A stretch of DNA of 64,000 bases from positions 51,846 through 115,845 of the forward strand of contig CACEGG010000002.1 in NCBI GenBank assembly GCA_902559035.1, in the 5' to 3' direction. Positions 1 through 9,937 of the stretch are shown here, piece by piece (positions within the stretch are counted from its first letter, which is position 1; each line of letters begins with the position of its first letter). Origin of the DNA: an uncultured Bacteroidota bacterium. GTDB lineage: Bacteria; Bacteroidota; Bacteroidia; Flavobacteriales; Flavobacteriaceae. The notes under the pieces were generated by a model, which worked only from the letters and a program-made list of their open reading frames with translations, had not been told where the DNA came from and did not search any database. Made by a program: the position numbers and the translations under genes.

Positions 1-347
1 TTGGTGTGCTCAACTTAAATAACATGCGAGACTTAAAATCAGACGAAAAATCAGGAAAGAAAACATTAGCGGTTTATATGGGCAAAAAAACATCTAAAAT
101 TTATCATTCTGTTATAATTAGCACTGCTATTGTTTTGATGTTGAAATTTCAAATAAGTCTTGAAATTCAATCCATTTTTTTAAACATAGTCTTATTTATA
201 AATGTTTTAGGATTGCTGATTCACTTATTTCAAATCTATAATATAACGCAGCCATCTCGTTATGATAATTTTCTAAAAGTTGTAGCTCTTCATGCGTTTT
301 TTTATTCACTTATAATTTCACTATATTTTTTTAAAATAGTTGTTTGA
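1..347 (+). CDS. menA: 1,4-dihydroxy-2-naphthoate prenyltransferase (UbiA family), C-terminal part; the gene runs off the 5' edge
   Basis: Open frame from the window edge. The C-terminus is hydrophobic and multi-TM (MRDLKSDEKSGKKTLAVYMG...). It overlaps the following menC-like gene by 4 nt and is followed by a menE-like gene. Confidence 0.6.
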   Translation, partial: GVLNLNNMRDLKSDEKSGKKTLAVYMGKKTSKIYHSVIISTAIVLMLKFQISLEIQSIFLNIVLFINVLGLLIHLFQIYNITQPSRYDNFLKVVALHAFFYSLIISLYFFKIVV

Positions 348-1390
348 TGGAAGCCTATTATTTTAAACATGTGCTAAAATTTAAATCTCCAAGCGGAACC
401 TCCAGGGGAGTTTTAAGAACAAAGGATAGTTGGTTTATTGTGATTAAAAACCAAAATAGAATTGGCGTTGGAGAATGTAGCATAATCGAGGGATTAAGTC
501 CAGATCCAATACGAACTTTTGAACAGACCCTTAACAAAGTGTGTAAAAATATAGAGCTTGGCCTTGATTATTTTTATGAAAAATTGTCCTCTTACCCTTC
601 TATATTGTTTGGTCTTGAAACTGCTTATCTATCATTAAAATCTGAAAATCCCTTTTTACTGTTTAAATCCTCTTTTACAAAACACGCCGCAAATATTCCA
701 ATTAATGGCCTTGTCTGGATGGGAGAGAAAAAGTTTATGCAAACGCAGATACTTGAAAAGATTAAATCTGGATTTGATTGTATAAAAATTAAAATAGGTG
801 CGCTTGATTTTGAAACAGAAATTGATCTTTTAAAAAATATCCGCAAAGAGTTTTCCGAAAAAGATATTGAAATTAGAGTTGATGCGAATTGTGCATTTTC
901 ATTTGACAACGCGCTTGAAAAATTAAAACACCTCTCAGATTTTTCGCTACACTCTATTGAGCAGCCTATTGAAACTAGGCAGTGGGAAAATATGGCTTAT
1001 TTGTGTGAAAATTCCCCTTTAGATATTGCTTTAGATGAAGAGTTAATTGGTCTGCCATATGGTGATAAAGATAAAATGGTTTCGGCTATTAACCCTAAAT
1101 ATATCATTTTAAAACCAAGCTTAATTGGGGGGATTAAACAATCTGAAGAATGGATTTCAGTAGCTAAGAAAAATAAACTCCAATGGTGGGTGACTAGTGC
1201 ACTTGAAAGCAACGTGGGGCTTAACGCGATTTCTCAATGGGTTTTTAACAAATCTTTAAGCATGAAGCAAGGCCTAGGGACAGGTCAGCTTTTTTCTAAT
1301 AATATTTTATGTTCTCTTTACATTAAAGAAGGTTGTCTTTATTACAATCCTGATACGTCTTGGGATTTAGCTTTTTTAAAACGTTTTTGA
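344..1390 (+). CDS. menC: o-succinylbenzoate synthase (enolase superfamily)
   Basis: Enolase-superfamily catalytic pattern read by eye: KIKIG (KxK), RVDAN, IEQP, LDEE, ILKPSLIGG. It lies between menA-like and menE-like genes. Confidence 0.7.
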   Translation: MMEAYYFKHVLKFKSPSGTSRGVLRTKDSWFIVIKNQNRIGVGECSIIEGLSPDPIRTFEQTLNKVCKNIELGLDYFYEKLSSYPSILFGLETAYLSLKSENPFLLFKSSFTKHAANIPINGLVWMGEKKFMQTQILEKIKSGFDCIKIKIGALDFETEIDLLKNIRKEFSEKDIEIRVDANCAFSFDNALEKLKHLSDFSLHSIEQPIETRQWENMAYLCENSPLDIALDEELIGLPYGDKDKMVSAINPKYIILKPSLIGGIKQSEEWISVAKKNKLQWWVTSALESNVGLNAISQWVFNKSLSMKQGLGTGQLFSNNILCSLYIKEGCLYYNPDTSWDLAFLKRF

Positions 1391-1391
1391 C

Positions 1392-2423
1392 TTGATTAAA
1401 ATGAATTCATCTATAACTCTTTCTGGCAATTTTTATTCAGCCAACAATTTAAATGACTTTAAGAATAAAATAAACCCTGAGTTATATTCATTTTTAATAG
1501 AGTGGTTTAATAAAGAAGATGTTATTTTACTAAAAACATCCGGTTCTACGGGTGTTGCTAAAACGATCTCAGTACATAAAAAAAAAATGATTTTATCAGC
1601 TCAAAAAACAGGATCATTTTTAAATCTTGAGCCCGGAAACAAGGCTTTATGCTGTCTTCCATTAAATTATATTGCTGGAAAAATGATGGTAGTAAGAGCG
1701 ATTACTCTTGGTCTTAACCTAACGGTTATTGAGCCCTCAAAAGCTCCATTTAAAGATTTGACGGAAGATTACATTTTTTCTGCATGTACTCCGCACCAAC
1801 TAGAAAATTCAATAAAAGATTTGTCAAAGATAAAAATACTTTTAGTCGGAGGAGCACCAATTAGCGAGAAAACTAGGGTTCGTTTGAATGGTTCAAAAAA
1901 TAAAATTTACGAAACCTTTGGGATGACAGAAACTGTTTCTCATGTCGCTCTAAAGAATATTAGCAAAGGGGAGAAGTCTTTCAAGGCTTTAGACGGTATC
2001 AGGTTTAAGTCCATTAATGGGTGTCTAAAAATTTATAATACAGAACTCTTAGAAGCTCCAATTACAACAAGCGATATTGTTGATTTACAATCTGAAAAAG
2101 AGTTTGTTTGGAAGGGAAGACAAGATTTTATTATTAACTCTGGGGGTATAAAAATTAACCCTGAAATGGTAGAAAAAACTCTTTCAGATTTTTTTTCAAT
2201 ACCTTTCATTGTCCTTGGTCTGCCAGATAATACCTTAGGAGAAAAGTTAATAATTGCTTTTGAAAAAGAAACTCCTTCTAATTATTCAAAGGCAATTGAT
2301 GCGCTAAGTTCCTTTGAAAAACCAAAAATGGTTTTTAATTTTATTAACTTCAAAAGGGTAAACAATAAAATACTACGAAGAGACGTTTTAAAAACAATTT
2401 TGTCTATAAATGAATCAAACTAA
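1392..2423 (+). CDS. menE: AMP-dependent ligase, short o-succinylbenzoate-CoA ligase type
   Basis: AMP-binding motifs TSGSTGVAKT, YETFGMTET and SGGIKINPEMVE. The tracked start is TTG at 1392; ATG at 1401 is an alternative start. Confidence 0.65.
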   Translation: MIKMNSSITLSGNFYSANNLNDFKNKINPELYSFLIEWFNKEDVILLKTSGSTGVAKTISVHKKKMILSAQKTGSFLNLEPGNKALCCLPLNYIAGKMMVVRAITLGLNLTVIEPSKAPFKDLTEDYIFSACTPHQLENSIKDLSKIKILLVGGAPISEKTRVRLNGSKNKIYETFGMTETVSHVALKNISKGEKSFKALDGIRFKSINGCLKIYNTELLEAPITTSDIVDLQSEKEFVWKGRQDFIINSGGIKINPEMVEKTLSDFFSIPFIVLGLPDNTLGEKLIIAFEKETPSNYSKAIDALSSFEKPKMVFNFINFKRVNNKILRRDVLKTILSINESN

Positions 2424-3033
2424 AAAAGAAGAATATTGGAATACATTAACTCATTTTTTGGGGATTATTTTAAGTCTTATAGGCCTGCCTTTTATAATTA
2501 ACGCTAACCAAAGTCTTTCTGAATTTAGTTTGTTTAGTATTCTGTTTTTCCAGTTTGGGCTTTTGTTTGTTTATACCTCATCTACTCTTTACCACTACGT
2601 TGAAAATTCCAAACTTAAAAAATCCTTAAGAACCCTAGACCACATTAGCATTTATTACCTTATTGCTGGCTCATACGCTCCAGTGTGTTTAATTACATTA
2701 TATGATCATTCTGGGCTAGAGATATTTTCAATCATAATTTTAATTATGTTGGCAGGAACAATTTTTAAACTGTTCTTTACAGGGAAGTTTGATAAAATTT
2801 CTCTGTACTTATACTTAATTATGGGCTGGCTTATTGTCGTTAAAATTAAAACTTTAATTAGTTTAATTAGCGCTCAAGGATTGGTTTTAATTGTCTGTAG
2901 CGGGCTCCTTTACACAATTGGAACCTATTTTTACTCCTCAAAAAAAATTAAATTTTCACATTCCATATGGCACCTATTTGTCCTTGGAGGAAGTATTACT
3001 CATTATTTTTTTGTGTTATTCTTTGTTATATAA
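2410..3033 (+). CDS. hemolysin III / PAQR family membrane protein
   Basis: Seven hydrophobic segments. N-terminal EEYWNTLTHFLG and C-terminal HSIWHLFVLGGSITHYF His motifs are typical of the HlyIII/YqfA family. Confidence 0.75.
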   Translation: MNQTKKEEYWNTLTHFLGIILSLIGLPFIINANQSLSEFSLFSILFFQFGLLFVYTSSTLYHYVENSKLKKSLRTLDHISIYYLIAGSYAPVCLITLYDHSGLEIFSIIILIMLAGTIFKLFFTGKFDKISLYLYLIMGWLIVVKIKTLISLISAQGLVLIVCSGLLYTIGTYFYSSKKIKFSHSIWHLFVLGGSITHYFFVLFFVI

Positions 3034-3160
3034 TTATTCCTTTATTTTATCAAGCTATAAAAAATCCGCATGATGTTTGTATATATGATTACTTGCGGGT
3101 ATAAGTTTCTCATAGAAGCTTAGGAAAAACTTTTCCTGTCAAACTAAAAAGAGTATAATT

Positions 3161-3694
3161 ATGATTAAGTACGTTTTATTATTTATTTCAATCACTATGT
3201 TTTCACAAGGTTACGAAACTCAAAAATATGAAGTTGTTAAAAAATTAAATGAAATTGAGGTTCGCTTCTATCCGCCAGTTATGAAGGCCAAGGTTAGCGC
3301 AGGCAGCAACTTCTCTAGGCTATTTAAATATATCAGTGGAAACAATGAGCAGGGAGAAAAAATTTCGATGACAACACCTGTCCAAATGACAAACCAAGAC
3401 AATATTAATACAATGGAGTTTATTCTTCCCTCAAAGTATTCTGAGGGTAATTTTGCTGTTCCTAATGATAAAAACATTACTGTTTATAGCTCTGACCCTG
3501 GGCATTTTGCAGCTATAACTTACGGGGGATACTCCAACACTGAAAAGGTTAAAAAATACCATAGCCTTTTGTTAAAAAAATTAAGAGAAAGTGATTTAGA
3601 GGTTATTAACAGTAAGCCTGTTGTTTTATCTTACAATAGCCCATACAAAGTATTTAACCGAAGAAATGAAGTTTTGGTTGAGGTTAAATATTAA
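3161..3694 (+). CDS. SOUL heme-binding family protein (secreted)
   Basis: N-terminal signal peptide. YETQKYEVVKK...IEVRFYPP and MTTPV motifs are typical of SOUL/HBP domains. Confidence 0.6.
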   Translation: MIKYVLLFISITMFSQGYETQKYEVVKKLNEIEVRFYPPVMKAKVSAGSNFSRLFKYISGNNEQGEKISMTTPVQMTNQDNINTMEFILPSKYSEGNFAVPNDKNITVYSSDPGHFAAITYGGYSNTEKVKKYHSLLLKKLRESDLEVINSKPVVLSYNSPYKVFNRRNEVLVEVKY

Positions 3695-6345
3695 AGTCCT
3701 GAATCCACAAAATTTATATTTGGATTCATGATTTCAGTAATTAATTCTTTCAGTTCGTCCTCAAACAAATTAATCTCGCTTTCTCCAACAAGCTCATTTA
3801 ATGAGTTCTTAATTTTAATCTTCATAAATCCTTTATTTAATTTTCTCAGTGAAACTATCCCGGGAGACAAGGACTGTAGTTCATGATTTCTAGAATACAT
3901 CCATGCGTAGCACATAAGTTGCATCGCTTTTGATCTGTTGTGGTCTTTACATATAGTATTCATGCTATTTATTACCAATTGACTTGAGTTAACCAAACCT
4001 GATTTATAGTCTATTACTCTAGTAACTCCATTTTTTTGATCGATGCGGTCTATTATTCCTCTTATGTAAACTTTCTTGTTATTTTTTAAGCTCAAACTTG
4101 TTTTAATATCTTGTTCTAAGGCAATTAGTTTAATTTCTGCACCTTGTTGAAGTTGATTAATTTCGTCTTTAATAAAATTTTCTAGTGAACTTTTTATTAC
4201 TTGATATATAATCTTATTCTTACCTTCTTCATAATCTTCGCGGTTGGTTTTAAAAGTGTTTTTCAAAACTGTCTCTATATTCTTTTGGGTTTTAGAAAGT
4301 TTTTCAACATTAAGATGTTTGCCTATAAAAGGCTGATATAGCGTCTCCAAAGACTCGTGAAAAATAAGTCCTATTGTTTTATGGCTTGCATATTCATCAC
4401 TAGACTCTTCCTGATCTATTTTTAATATTTTTTGAGTGTAATACTTTGCTGGGTTTTTTATATAAGTTTCCAATGAAGAAGGAGAAAATCCTTTTAATGA
4501 TATTTCTTTAATTCTCTTTTGAGCCTCTGAAGATTTAAGGAACTCTTTATTAGTTTCATTTGTAGTAAAATCTGAGAATGAGCTATGATACTTAATTTCA
4601 TGAGCTTTATTTTTATTAATTTCTAATTGATAAATAAATCTGCTTTTTTCACCCTTATTTAATCCATCTTTGTTTGAATTATAAATCAAAAAGACCTCTT
4701 TTGCCCTTTGGATAAGCCTGTAAAAATGATAACTGAATATTTTGTCTTTTTCGCCAAAACCCAAAAGACTATACTTTAATTTTAAATCGTTGGGAATTAA
4801 AGAAGAGTATCCTCTGCCTGAGGGCATAACACCTTCATTTACTGAGCTAATAATAACTGTATCGTAGTCTAGTGCCCTTGTCTCAAGCAAGCCAGAAACA
4901 TTAACGCTTTGATTCCTTTGTGATTTTACTTTTATTTTAACCTCACCAATAAACAATAGAATTAAATCTTTAATCCTTTTTTTACTCATTTTGTTTTCTA
5001 GGTTAAGCTCCTCTATTTGTTTTATTTTCTCTAAAATTAAATTTGCTTCTTGGCCTTCAATATCAGAAATAAACTTGCAGTCTACTGTTTTTTTTAAAAA
5101 CTTAATTAGATTATTAATTATCCCGTTACTCGTATCCCATTTTTCATACAACAGCCCAAAAAGAATCCTTTGCTCTTTAACTAGTGATTTATATTTTTTT
5201 GAGTTATATAGCTGTTTTGTGATTTTAGATTTCTCAACCTTAAAAACCTTCTTAACTAGCGTTGAAGACAAGATTTTATTTACATATTTTATGGATATTT
5301 GATTAACATCATTAATTTTTAGGTCTAAAAGAGTTTTAATTGTTTGCTTTACGGCCGTTTCTCCAATTGGAACAGAAATATTTAAGGCGTCTTTGGGTAT
5401 ATTCTTTGGAATAAAGCTCAGAAATGCTTGTAATAATTTGTCATCTCCTAAAACTATTGCTGTTTTTTTCTTGGTGATATCAATCGTTGATAATGCTTTG
5501 CCCATTTCTTTAGCTTGAGCTAAAAAACCATCTGCCTCGACAATATTAATTGTTTTTTGAGTATTAAAGCTCTCGCTGGTCCATTTAAATTTATTTTTAG
5601 AAAAAAAACGCCATTCGTTTCTATATTTTTTTATAAAATGTGATGCGCTATGATTTTTAGTGTTAAAAAATTCTGAATCAATATCCCAATAGATAAAACT
5701 CTTGTTGTGTTCTATAAGCTCTTTCACTATTAATTCTTCTGATTTTGAAAGAGCGTTTAGTCCAACAAAAATATATGTAACATCGTTATTTGCTTCTTTA
5801 AAATATTCTAGATTGTTTACAGCTTCTGAATAGCAGATTCCCTTTGTTCCTTTTCCTTGGCTTAACAAAAGGTCTTTGAAGCTAGAATAAGATGCATTAA
5901 GCTTAATTAAGAACTGTTGATAGTTTATGTTTTTAACCTCTTTTTCGCCCCAGCTTTTTATCTTATTAATCTCTATTAGATCATTGAAGACTTTATTAAC
6001 CTTTTGAAGATTTTGTTCGATTTCGGAGGAGTCTTTGATAAAGGTTATTCCTACATTACTATTATAAAGTTCTTTATATTCTTTTGACGAATGTTGTTTA
6101 GTAAAATTGACGTACAGCTGATGTTCTAGCTGCCCCATTTCAACCTCTTCTAGGCCTGAAATTCGTCTGACTAAAGAGTCAATAGACTCAATGGCAGGTG
6201 CAAAAACAGGTTTGGAGATATTCTCTAAAATTAAATTCTTAAATACTTTGGAAGATCTTTTGTTGGGAAGAATAAAGCAAGTTGATTCAAAATTAATTGA
6301 GTTAAAGTCAATTTCATTAATTACTTTTTCTAAAAACGAACCCAT
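3691..6345 (-). CDS. PD-(D/E)XK nuclease family protein, AddB-like subunit of a helicase-nuclease
   Basis: 884 aa. The C-terminal nuclease motif is IRGIIDRIDQ...VIDYKSG. It lies on the same strand as, and close to, the UvrD/AddA-like gene. Confidence 0.7.
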   Translation of the reverse strand: MGSFLEKVINEIDFNSINFESTCFILPNKRSSKVFKNLILENISKPVFAPAIESIDSLVRRISGLEEVEMGQLEHQLYVNFTKQHSSKEYKELYNSNVGITFIKDSSEIEQNLQKVNKVFNDLIEINKIKSWGEKEVKNINYQQFLIKLNASYSSFKDLLLSQGKGTKGICYSEAVNNLEYFKEANNDVTYIFVGLNALSKSEELIVKELIEHNKSFIYWDIDSEFFNTKNHSASHFIKKYRNEWRFFSKNKFKWTSESFNTQKTINIVEADGFLAQAKEMGKALSTIDITKKKTAIVLGDDKLLQAFLSFIPKNIPKDALNISVPIGETAVKQTIKTLLDLKINDVNQISIKYVNKILSSTLVKKVFKVEKSKITKQLYNSKKYKSLVKEQRILFGLLYEKWDTSNGIINNLIKFLKKTVDCKFISDIEGQEANLILEKIKQIEELNLENKMSKKRIKDLILLFIGEVKIKVKSQRNQSVNVSGLLETRALDYDTVIISSVNEGVMPSGRGYSSLIPNDLKLKYSLLGFGEKDKIFSYHFYRLIQRAKEVFLIYNSNKDGLNKGEKSRFIYQLEINKNKAHEIKYHSSFSDFTTNETNKEFLKSSEAQKRIKEISLKGFSPSSLETYIKNPAKYYTQKILKIDQEESSDEYASHKTIGLIFHESLETLYQPFIGKHLNVEKLSKTQKNIETVLKNTFKTNREDYEEGKNKIIYQVIKSSLENFIKDEINQLQQGAEIKLIALEQDIKTSLSLKNNKKVYIRGIIDRIDQKNGVTRVIDYKSGLVNSSQLVINSMNTICKDHNRSKAMQLMCYAWMYSRNHELQSLSPGIVSLRKLNKGFMKIKIKNSLNELVGESEINLFEDELKELITEIMNPNINFVDSGL

Positions 6346-6362
6346 CTATTAAAAATAAAAAA

Positions 6363-6383
6363 AGCGCCTGTAATACAGGCGCT
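6363..6383 (-). terminator. Rho-independent terminator hairpin downstream of the OmpA-family gene
   Basis: AGCGCCTG-taata-CAGGCGCT forms a perfect 8-bp GC-rich stem. It is flanked by an A-run upstream and a T-run downstream on the + strand, so it reads as stem plus U-tract on either strand. Confidence 0.8.
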
Positions 6384-6412
6384 TTTTCTTTATAATAATT
6401 AAAAACTTAAGC

Positions 6413-7807
6413 TTATTTAGCTGGAGGAGGAATTACCTTGAATTCTACTCTTCTGTTTTTTATTCTACCTTTTCTTGTGCTATTAGATACCATTGGCTTA
6501 TCTTCTCCATATCCAACAGTCATTAGTCTTGATGATGTTATACCATTATCAACTAAATACTCTTTAACAGACATAGCTCTCATCTCAGAAAGTTTCTGAT
6601 TAAACGCTTTTGGTCCAGAGGAATCAGTATGACCCTCTATCATGAAAGGTGTTTTAGGATAATTATTCATAATCCCTAATACTTCACCTAAAAGTCCTTT
6701 AACTTCTTTGCCTAGTTCAGCTCTGTTTAATTGAAAAGGTATCATTGCACCTACGGCATTAAGTCTTTCCATTATCTCCTTAGTAGGTTCTGGACATCCA
6801 TTGTTGGATGAAACTCCTGCAGTGTTTGGACATTTGTCATCTTTATCTAAAACACCATCTCCGTCAGTGTCAGGCCATGGGCATCCGTTATTCGCTGCAG
6901 GCCCAGCAACATCAGAACATGTGTCAATGTTATCCGAAACGCCGTCTCCATCAGAATCAGGACATCCGTTCATTTCTTTAGATCCAGCTTCATTTACACA
7001 AGCGTCTTGTGTGTCAGGAACGCCATCTCCGTCAGAGTCAGGACATCCGCCAAATTCAGCTAAACCAGCTACATCAGGACAAGCATCTTTGCTGTTTTCA
7101 ATACCGTCTCCATCATTGTCCGGGCAACCATTAAAAGCTGGTAAACCTGGCTGGTTAGGACAGTCATCATACTGGTCATAAACTCCATCTCTATCAGAAT
7201 CTTTACCTCCAAAATTAACTGCTACACCAACATTATGCTGAAAATGAGCTTTTAAGCTTTGCATGTCATTGAATGCGTGCTTATAGTTAGAGCTAACCTT
7301 AATAGATACTGTCTCAGACAATGGAATATTAACTCCAGCTCCACCGTTTAGGGTGTGTGACCTTTCTTTTCCAAACCAAGTATAACCTGTTCCTGCTTCT
7401 AAGAAAGGCTCCATGTTACCAACTGAAAGGAATTCGGGTAAATTATATGAAACAACTGCGTCTAAACTCGCTAAAAACTTAGCATCAATTCTTGCTCTAC
7501 TGTCTCCTAATCTAGTTATAGAATTAACCGAAGCTCTAAATCCATATGAAAAATCTTCCGTTCCATATCTAGTTAAGCTTACTGTGTTAATTGGTGTGTT
7601 TGGTATGTTCCAATTTTCTTCAAAATTGAAGTATTCGCTAAATAATCCTCCAGTTGCATTGTCTGAGGAATTTGTGCCTACAGGATGAAAGTCAATTGCA
7701 TTAACTCCCAGTCCAAATTGCCATTGATTGTTTTTGTCCTGAGCTAGCATTGTGCTAACAGAAAAAATCATTACAAAAACTGATAATATTTTAACTAATT
7801 TTTTCAT
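6413..7807 (-). CDS. OmpA family outer-membrane protein with thrombospondin type-3 (Ca-binding) repeats
   Basis: Signal peptide MKKLVKILSVFVMIFSVSTMLAQ, so the start is taken at this internal Met rather than ORF start 7840. A beta-barrel-like N-half is followed by five DxDxDG...D.CP...GCP repeats. The C-terminal OmpA_C motif reads EGHTDS...N..LS..RA..V..YL. Confidence 0.85.
   Translation of the reverse strand: MKKLVKILSVFVMIFSVSTMLAQDKNNQWQFGLGVNAIDFHPVGTNSSDNATGGLFSEYFNFEENWNIPNTPINTVSLTRYGTEDFSYGFRASVNSITRLGDSRARIDAKFLASLDAVVSYNLPEFLSVGNMEPFLEAGTGYTWFGKERSHTLNGGAGVNIPLSETVSIKVSSNYKHAFNDMQSLKAHFQHNVGVAVNFGGKDSDRDGVYDQYDDCPNQPGLPAFNGCPDNDGDGIENSKDACPDVAGLAEFGGCPDSDGDGVPDTQDACVNEAGSKEMNGCPDSDGDGVSDNIDTCSDVAGPAANNGCPWPDTDGDGVLDKDDKCPNTAGVSSNNGCPEPTKEIMERLNAVGAMIPFQLNRAELGKEVKGLLGEVLGIMNNYPKTPFMIEGHTDSSGPKAFNQKLSEMRAMSVKEYLVDNGITSSRLMTVGYGEDKPMVSNSTRKGRIKNRRVEFKVIPPPAK
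6788..7201 (-). repeat. coding tandem repeats (5 TSP type-3 units) inside the OmpA-family gene
   Basis: The units begin DSDRDG / DNDGDG / DSDGDG / DSDGDG / DTDGDG, and each is followed by D.CP..(A/P)G....NGCP. The repeats also create the spurious antisense ORF 6801..7181. Confidence 0.8.
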
Positions 7808-7837
7808 TGTAATAGTTTGTTTAATAATTCCGTAGTG

Positions 7838-7845
7838 CAAACTTA
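7838..7845 (-). promoter_or_regulatory. Bacteroidota -7 promoter box (TAAGTTTG) for the OmpA-family gene
   Basis: The reverse complement of CAAACTTA matches TAnnTTTG. It lies 30 nt upstream of the ATG at 7807. Confidence 0.45.
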
Positions 7846-7878
7846 ATGAATTTATAGGATATTAGAGGTTACTTTTTT

Positions 7879-9783
7879 TTATTTGTTCGAAACAATGTCT
7901 ATATCATTGTTGTTAGCGCTAACATAAATTAACACTGTTTTATTGACCTTATACCCCATTTTCGAAAGAATTTGACGGTATTTTTTAATTTGATTTTCAT
8001 CTTTATTGCTCCTCTCTCCTGTTTTATAGTCGATAATAACAATCTGCTTGTTTTCGTTGAAAACTATTCTGTCAGGCCTAATAGGCTTGCCATTATCAAC
8101 AAAAATTTCTTTTTCACAAACTACAGAATTATTACTGAGAAAGTGTTTTTTTAAATTTGGATGGTTTATTAATTGCTTTGAAACCGAGAGGATCTTTTTC
8201 TTAACTTCTAAGTCAATAAAATTCAATTTCATAAAAATTTCTGCTTCTTTTTTATAATCTGAGACATATAAAATCCGAGACATAAAATCATGAAACGCAT
8301 TGCCAAATTTAATTTTTTGATTAGCAAACTTTATCTCGGGTTTTATGCTTAAAGTCTGTGTATGAAACTTATTAGCTTTTTCAATTATAATCCTTTTAAT
8401 CTTTTTCTTTACAGTCTTTTCTCCCCATATATAATTAAACTTTTTGTCGCTCCACTTTTTATCGCTCTGAAGAAAAAACCTCAACATTTGGCTATGCGAA
8501 TCAATTGCCCCCAGTTTGGGGTAAACGGGTATCATGTGTAATTCTTCAATCGCTCTTGTTAAAGCTACATACAGAAGGTTTGCATTGTCTAACTCCTGGT
8601 TAACTAGGGTAGTTTCATACTCGTTTTTAAAATAGAGGTTATACTCTTTTAAATTCTCATTAAACGGCATGAGTAGCTTTGTTGAGTCTTGATTTTCATC
8701 AATCGGCAGCCATTTTTTAAGTCCGCGTTTCCTATAGGTAACTGAATCTACAAATGGGTATATTACAACAGGGTACTCAAGCCCTTTTGATTTATGTATT
8801 GTCAAAATCTTAACAGAATCGTTTGTGTCTTGACTAGGAACAAATAGTTTGTCTTTATTTTTGTTCCAAAAAAGTAAAAACTCATTTTCATTACAGTTCT
8901 TATTATAAACCTGATCATATAATATCTCTTTAAAAAAAGCTAAAAAGGGATTAGAATTGTCTTCATCCATTTTAAGCTTTTTTATGCAATAGTCTATAGA
9001 ATCTACAAGCTCCATGTTAAAGCTGTTTTCTACCCCTTCTGCCCGAAGTTTTTTGAAAAAGTTTGTGAGCTCTAACTCAATTATATTTTTAAAAAAAAGA
9101 TACTGATCTCCATTGCTCACATTGGAATAATAATAGTTTGCTATTTCAAACTTTGAGATTTTATTAAGCGGATTTTGTCTCAGCTTAATTACATTAATTA
9201 AAATCTTTACTTTTTCTGAATTACCAATTGAAAGAGAGTCAAAACACTCAATTGGAATCCTTTTTTCTATTAATTTAGCTGAAATGAGTGAAGCCTGTTT
9301 ATTGTCTCTTGTTAAAATTGCGATTTCAGAATATTTAAAACCTCTGCCATTACAACATTTAACCCTGTCTATTGTTGTTTTTAACACCTCCTCTAGTTCT
9401 TCACTTTTTTTTAATTTAGGGCTTAAAAACTTAATAGTAACATGCCCTCCTTGTTTCTCGTTTTCAGCTTGATTTGATCCAAGTTTATAAATTCTATTGT
9501 GGTTAGAGTTCATAAACAAGTCTGCTACTGAACTAAAAAGCTTGTTATTGAATTTCACAATCTCTTTTTTGCTTCTATAGTTTTTAGGTAGTCCATTGCT
9601 GCTTTTAGCAACGTTGAATGGGTTGGTTGTGCCCATTAAAGAAATAAAGATGTTTGGGTCGGCTCCCCTCCACCTGTAAACGGATTGTTTGGGGTCACCC
9701 ACTAATAGGAGCGAGCCCGACTCATCGTGGTTATCAGACTCCAAAGCGTGTGAAATAAGCGGAACTATATTGGTCCACTGCAT
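7879..9783 (-). CDS. UvrD-family helicase / AddA-like helicase-nuclease, C-terminal 2/3 fragment
   Basis: Contains LLLVGDPKQSVYRWRGA and helicase C-terminal motifs (VALTRA.EEL). The C-terminal PD-(D/E)XK motif is PDRIVF...VIIDYKTGE. The same frame stays open upstream to 9960 and there encodes the DEFQDTS motif. Confidence 0.8.
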   Translation of the reverse strand: MQWTNIVPLISHALESDNHDESGSLLLVGDPKQSVYRWRGADPNIFISLMGTTNPFNVAKSSNGLPKNYRSKKEIVKFNNKLFSSVADLFMNSNHNRIYKLGSNQAENEKQGGHVTIKFLSPKLKKSEELEEVLKTTIDRVKCCNGRGFKYSEIAILTRDNKQASLISAKLIEKRIPIECFDSLSIGNSEKVKILINVIKLRQNPLNKISKFEIANYYYSNVSNGDQYLFFKNIIELELTNFFKKLRAEGVENSFNMELVDSIDYCIKKLKMDEDNSNPFLAFFKEILYDQVYNKNCNENEFLLFWNKNKDKLFVPSQDTNDSVKILTIHKSKGLEYPVVIYPFVDSVTYRKRGLKKWLPIDENQDSTKLLMPFNENLKEYNLYFKNEYETTLVNQELDNANLLYVALTRAIEELHMIPVYPKLGAIDSHSQMLRFFLQSDKKWSDKKFNYIWGEKTVKKKIKRIIIEKANKFHTQTLSIKPEIKFANQKIKFGNAFHDFMSRILYVSDYKKEAEIFMKLNFIDLEVKKKILSVSKQLINHPNLKKHFLSNNSVVCEKEIFVDNGKPIRPDRIVFNENKQIVIIDYKTGERSNKDENQIKKYRQILSKMGYKVNKTVLIYVSANNNDIDIVSNK

Positions 9784-9937
9784 TGAAGATGTGTCTTGGA
9801 ATTCATCAATAAAATAATTGTTAAATCTTATGCCTAGTTTTTCATATAAAAAAGAGATGGGCTGGTTTGAAATTTCCCTGTTTATTATTTCATTAAATTC
9901 AGAGATAGAAATTTGATTTTTTTCTTTTTGAATGTCT

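Noticed and set aside
6801-7181. 126-aa ORF on the + strand (PSPS/SGH-rich)
   Set aside because: It is antisense to the TSP3 repeat region of the OmpA-family gene. Its low-complexity sequence is a mirror image of the DxDxDG repeats and not an independent gene.
7808-7840. Longer N-termini offered by the ORF track: OmpA at 7840, TatA at 45354, the membrane protein at 56636 and UpxY at 52098
   Set aside because: In each case an internal Met gives a canonical N-terminus (signal peptide, TatA TM, or NGN start), and/or a TAnnTTTG promoter box lies inside the extension.
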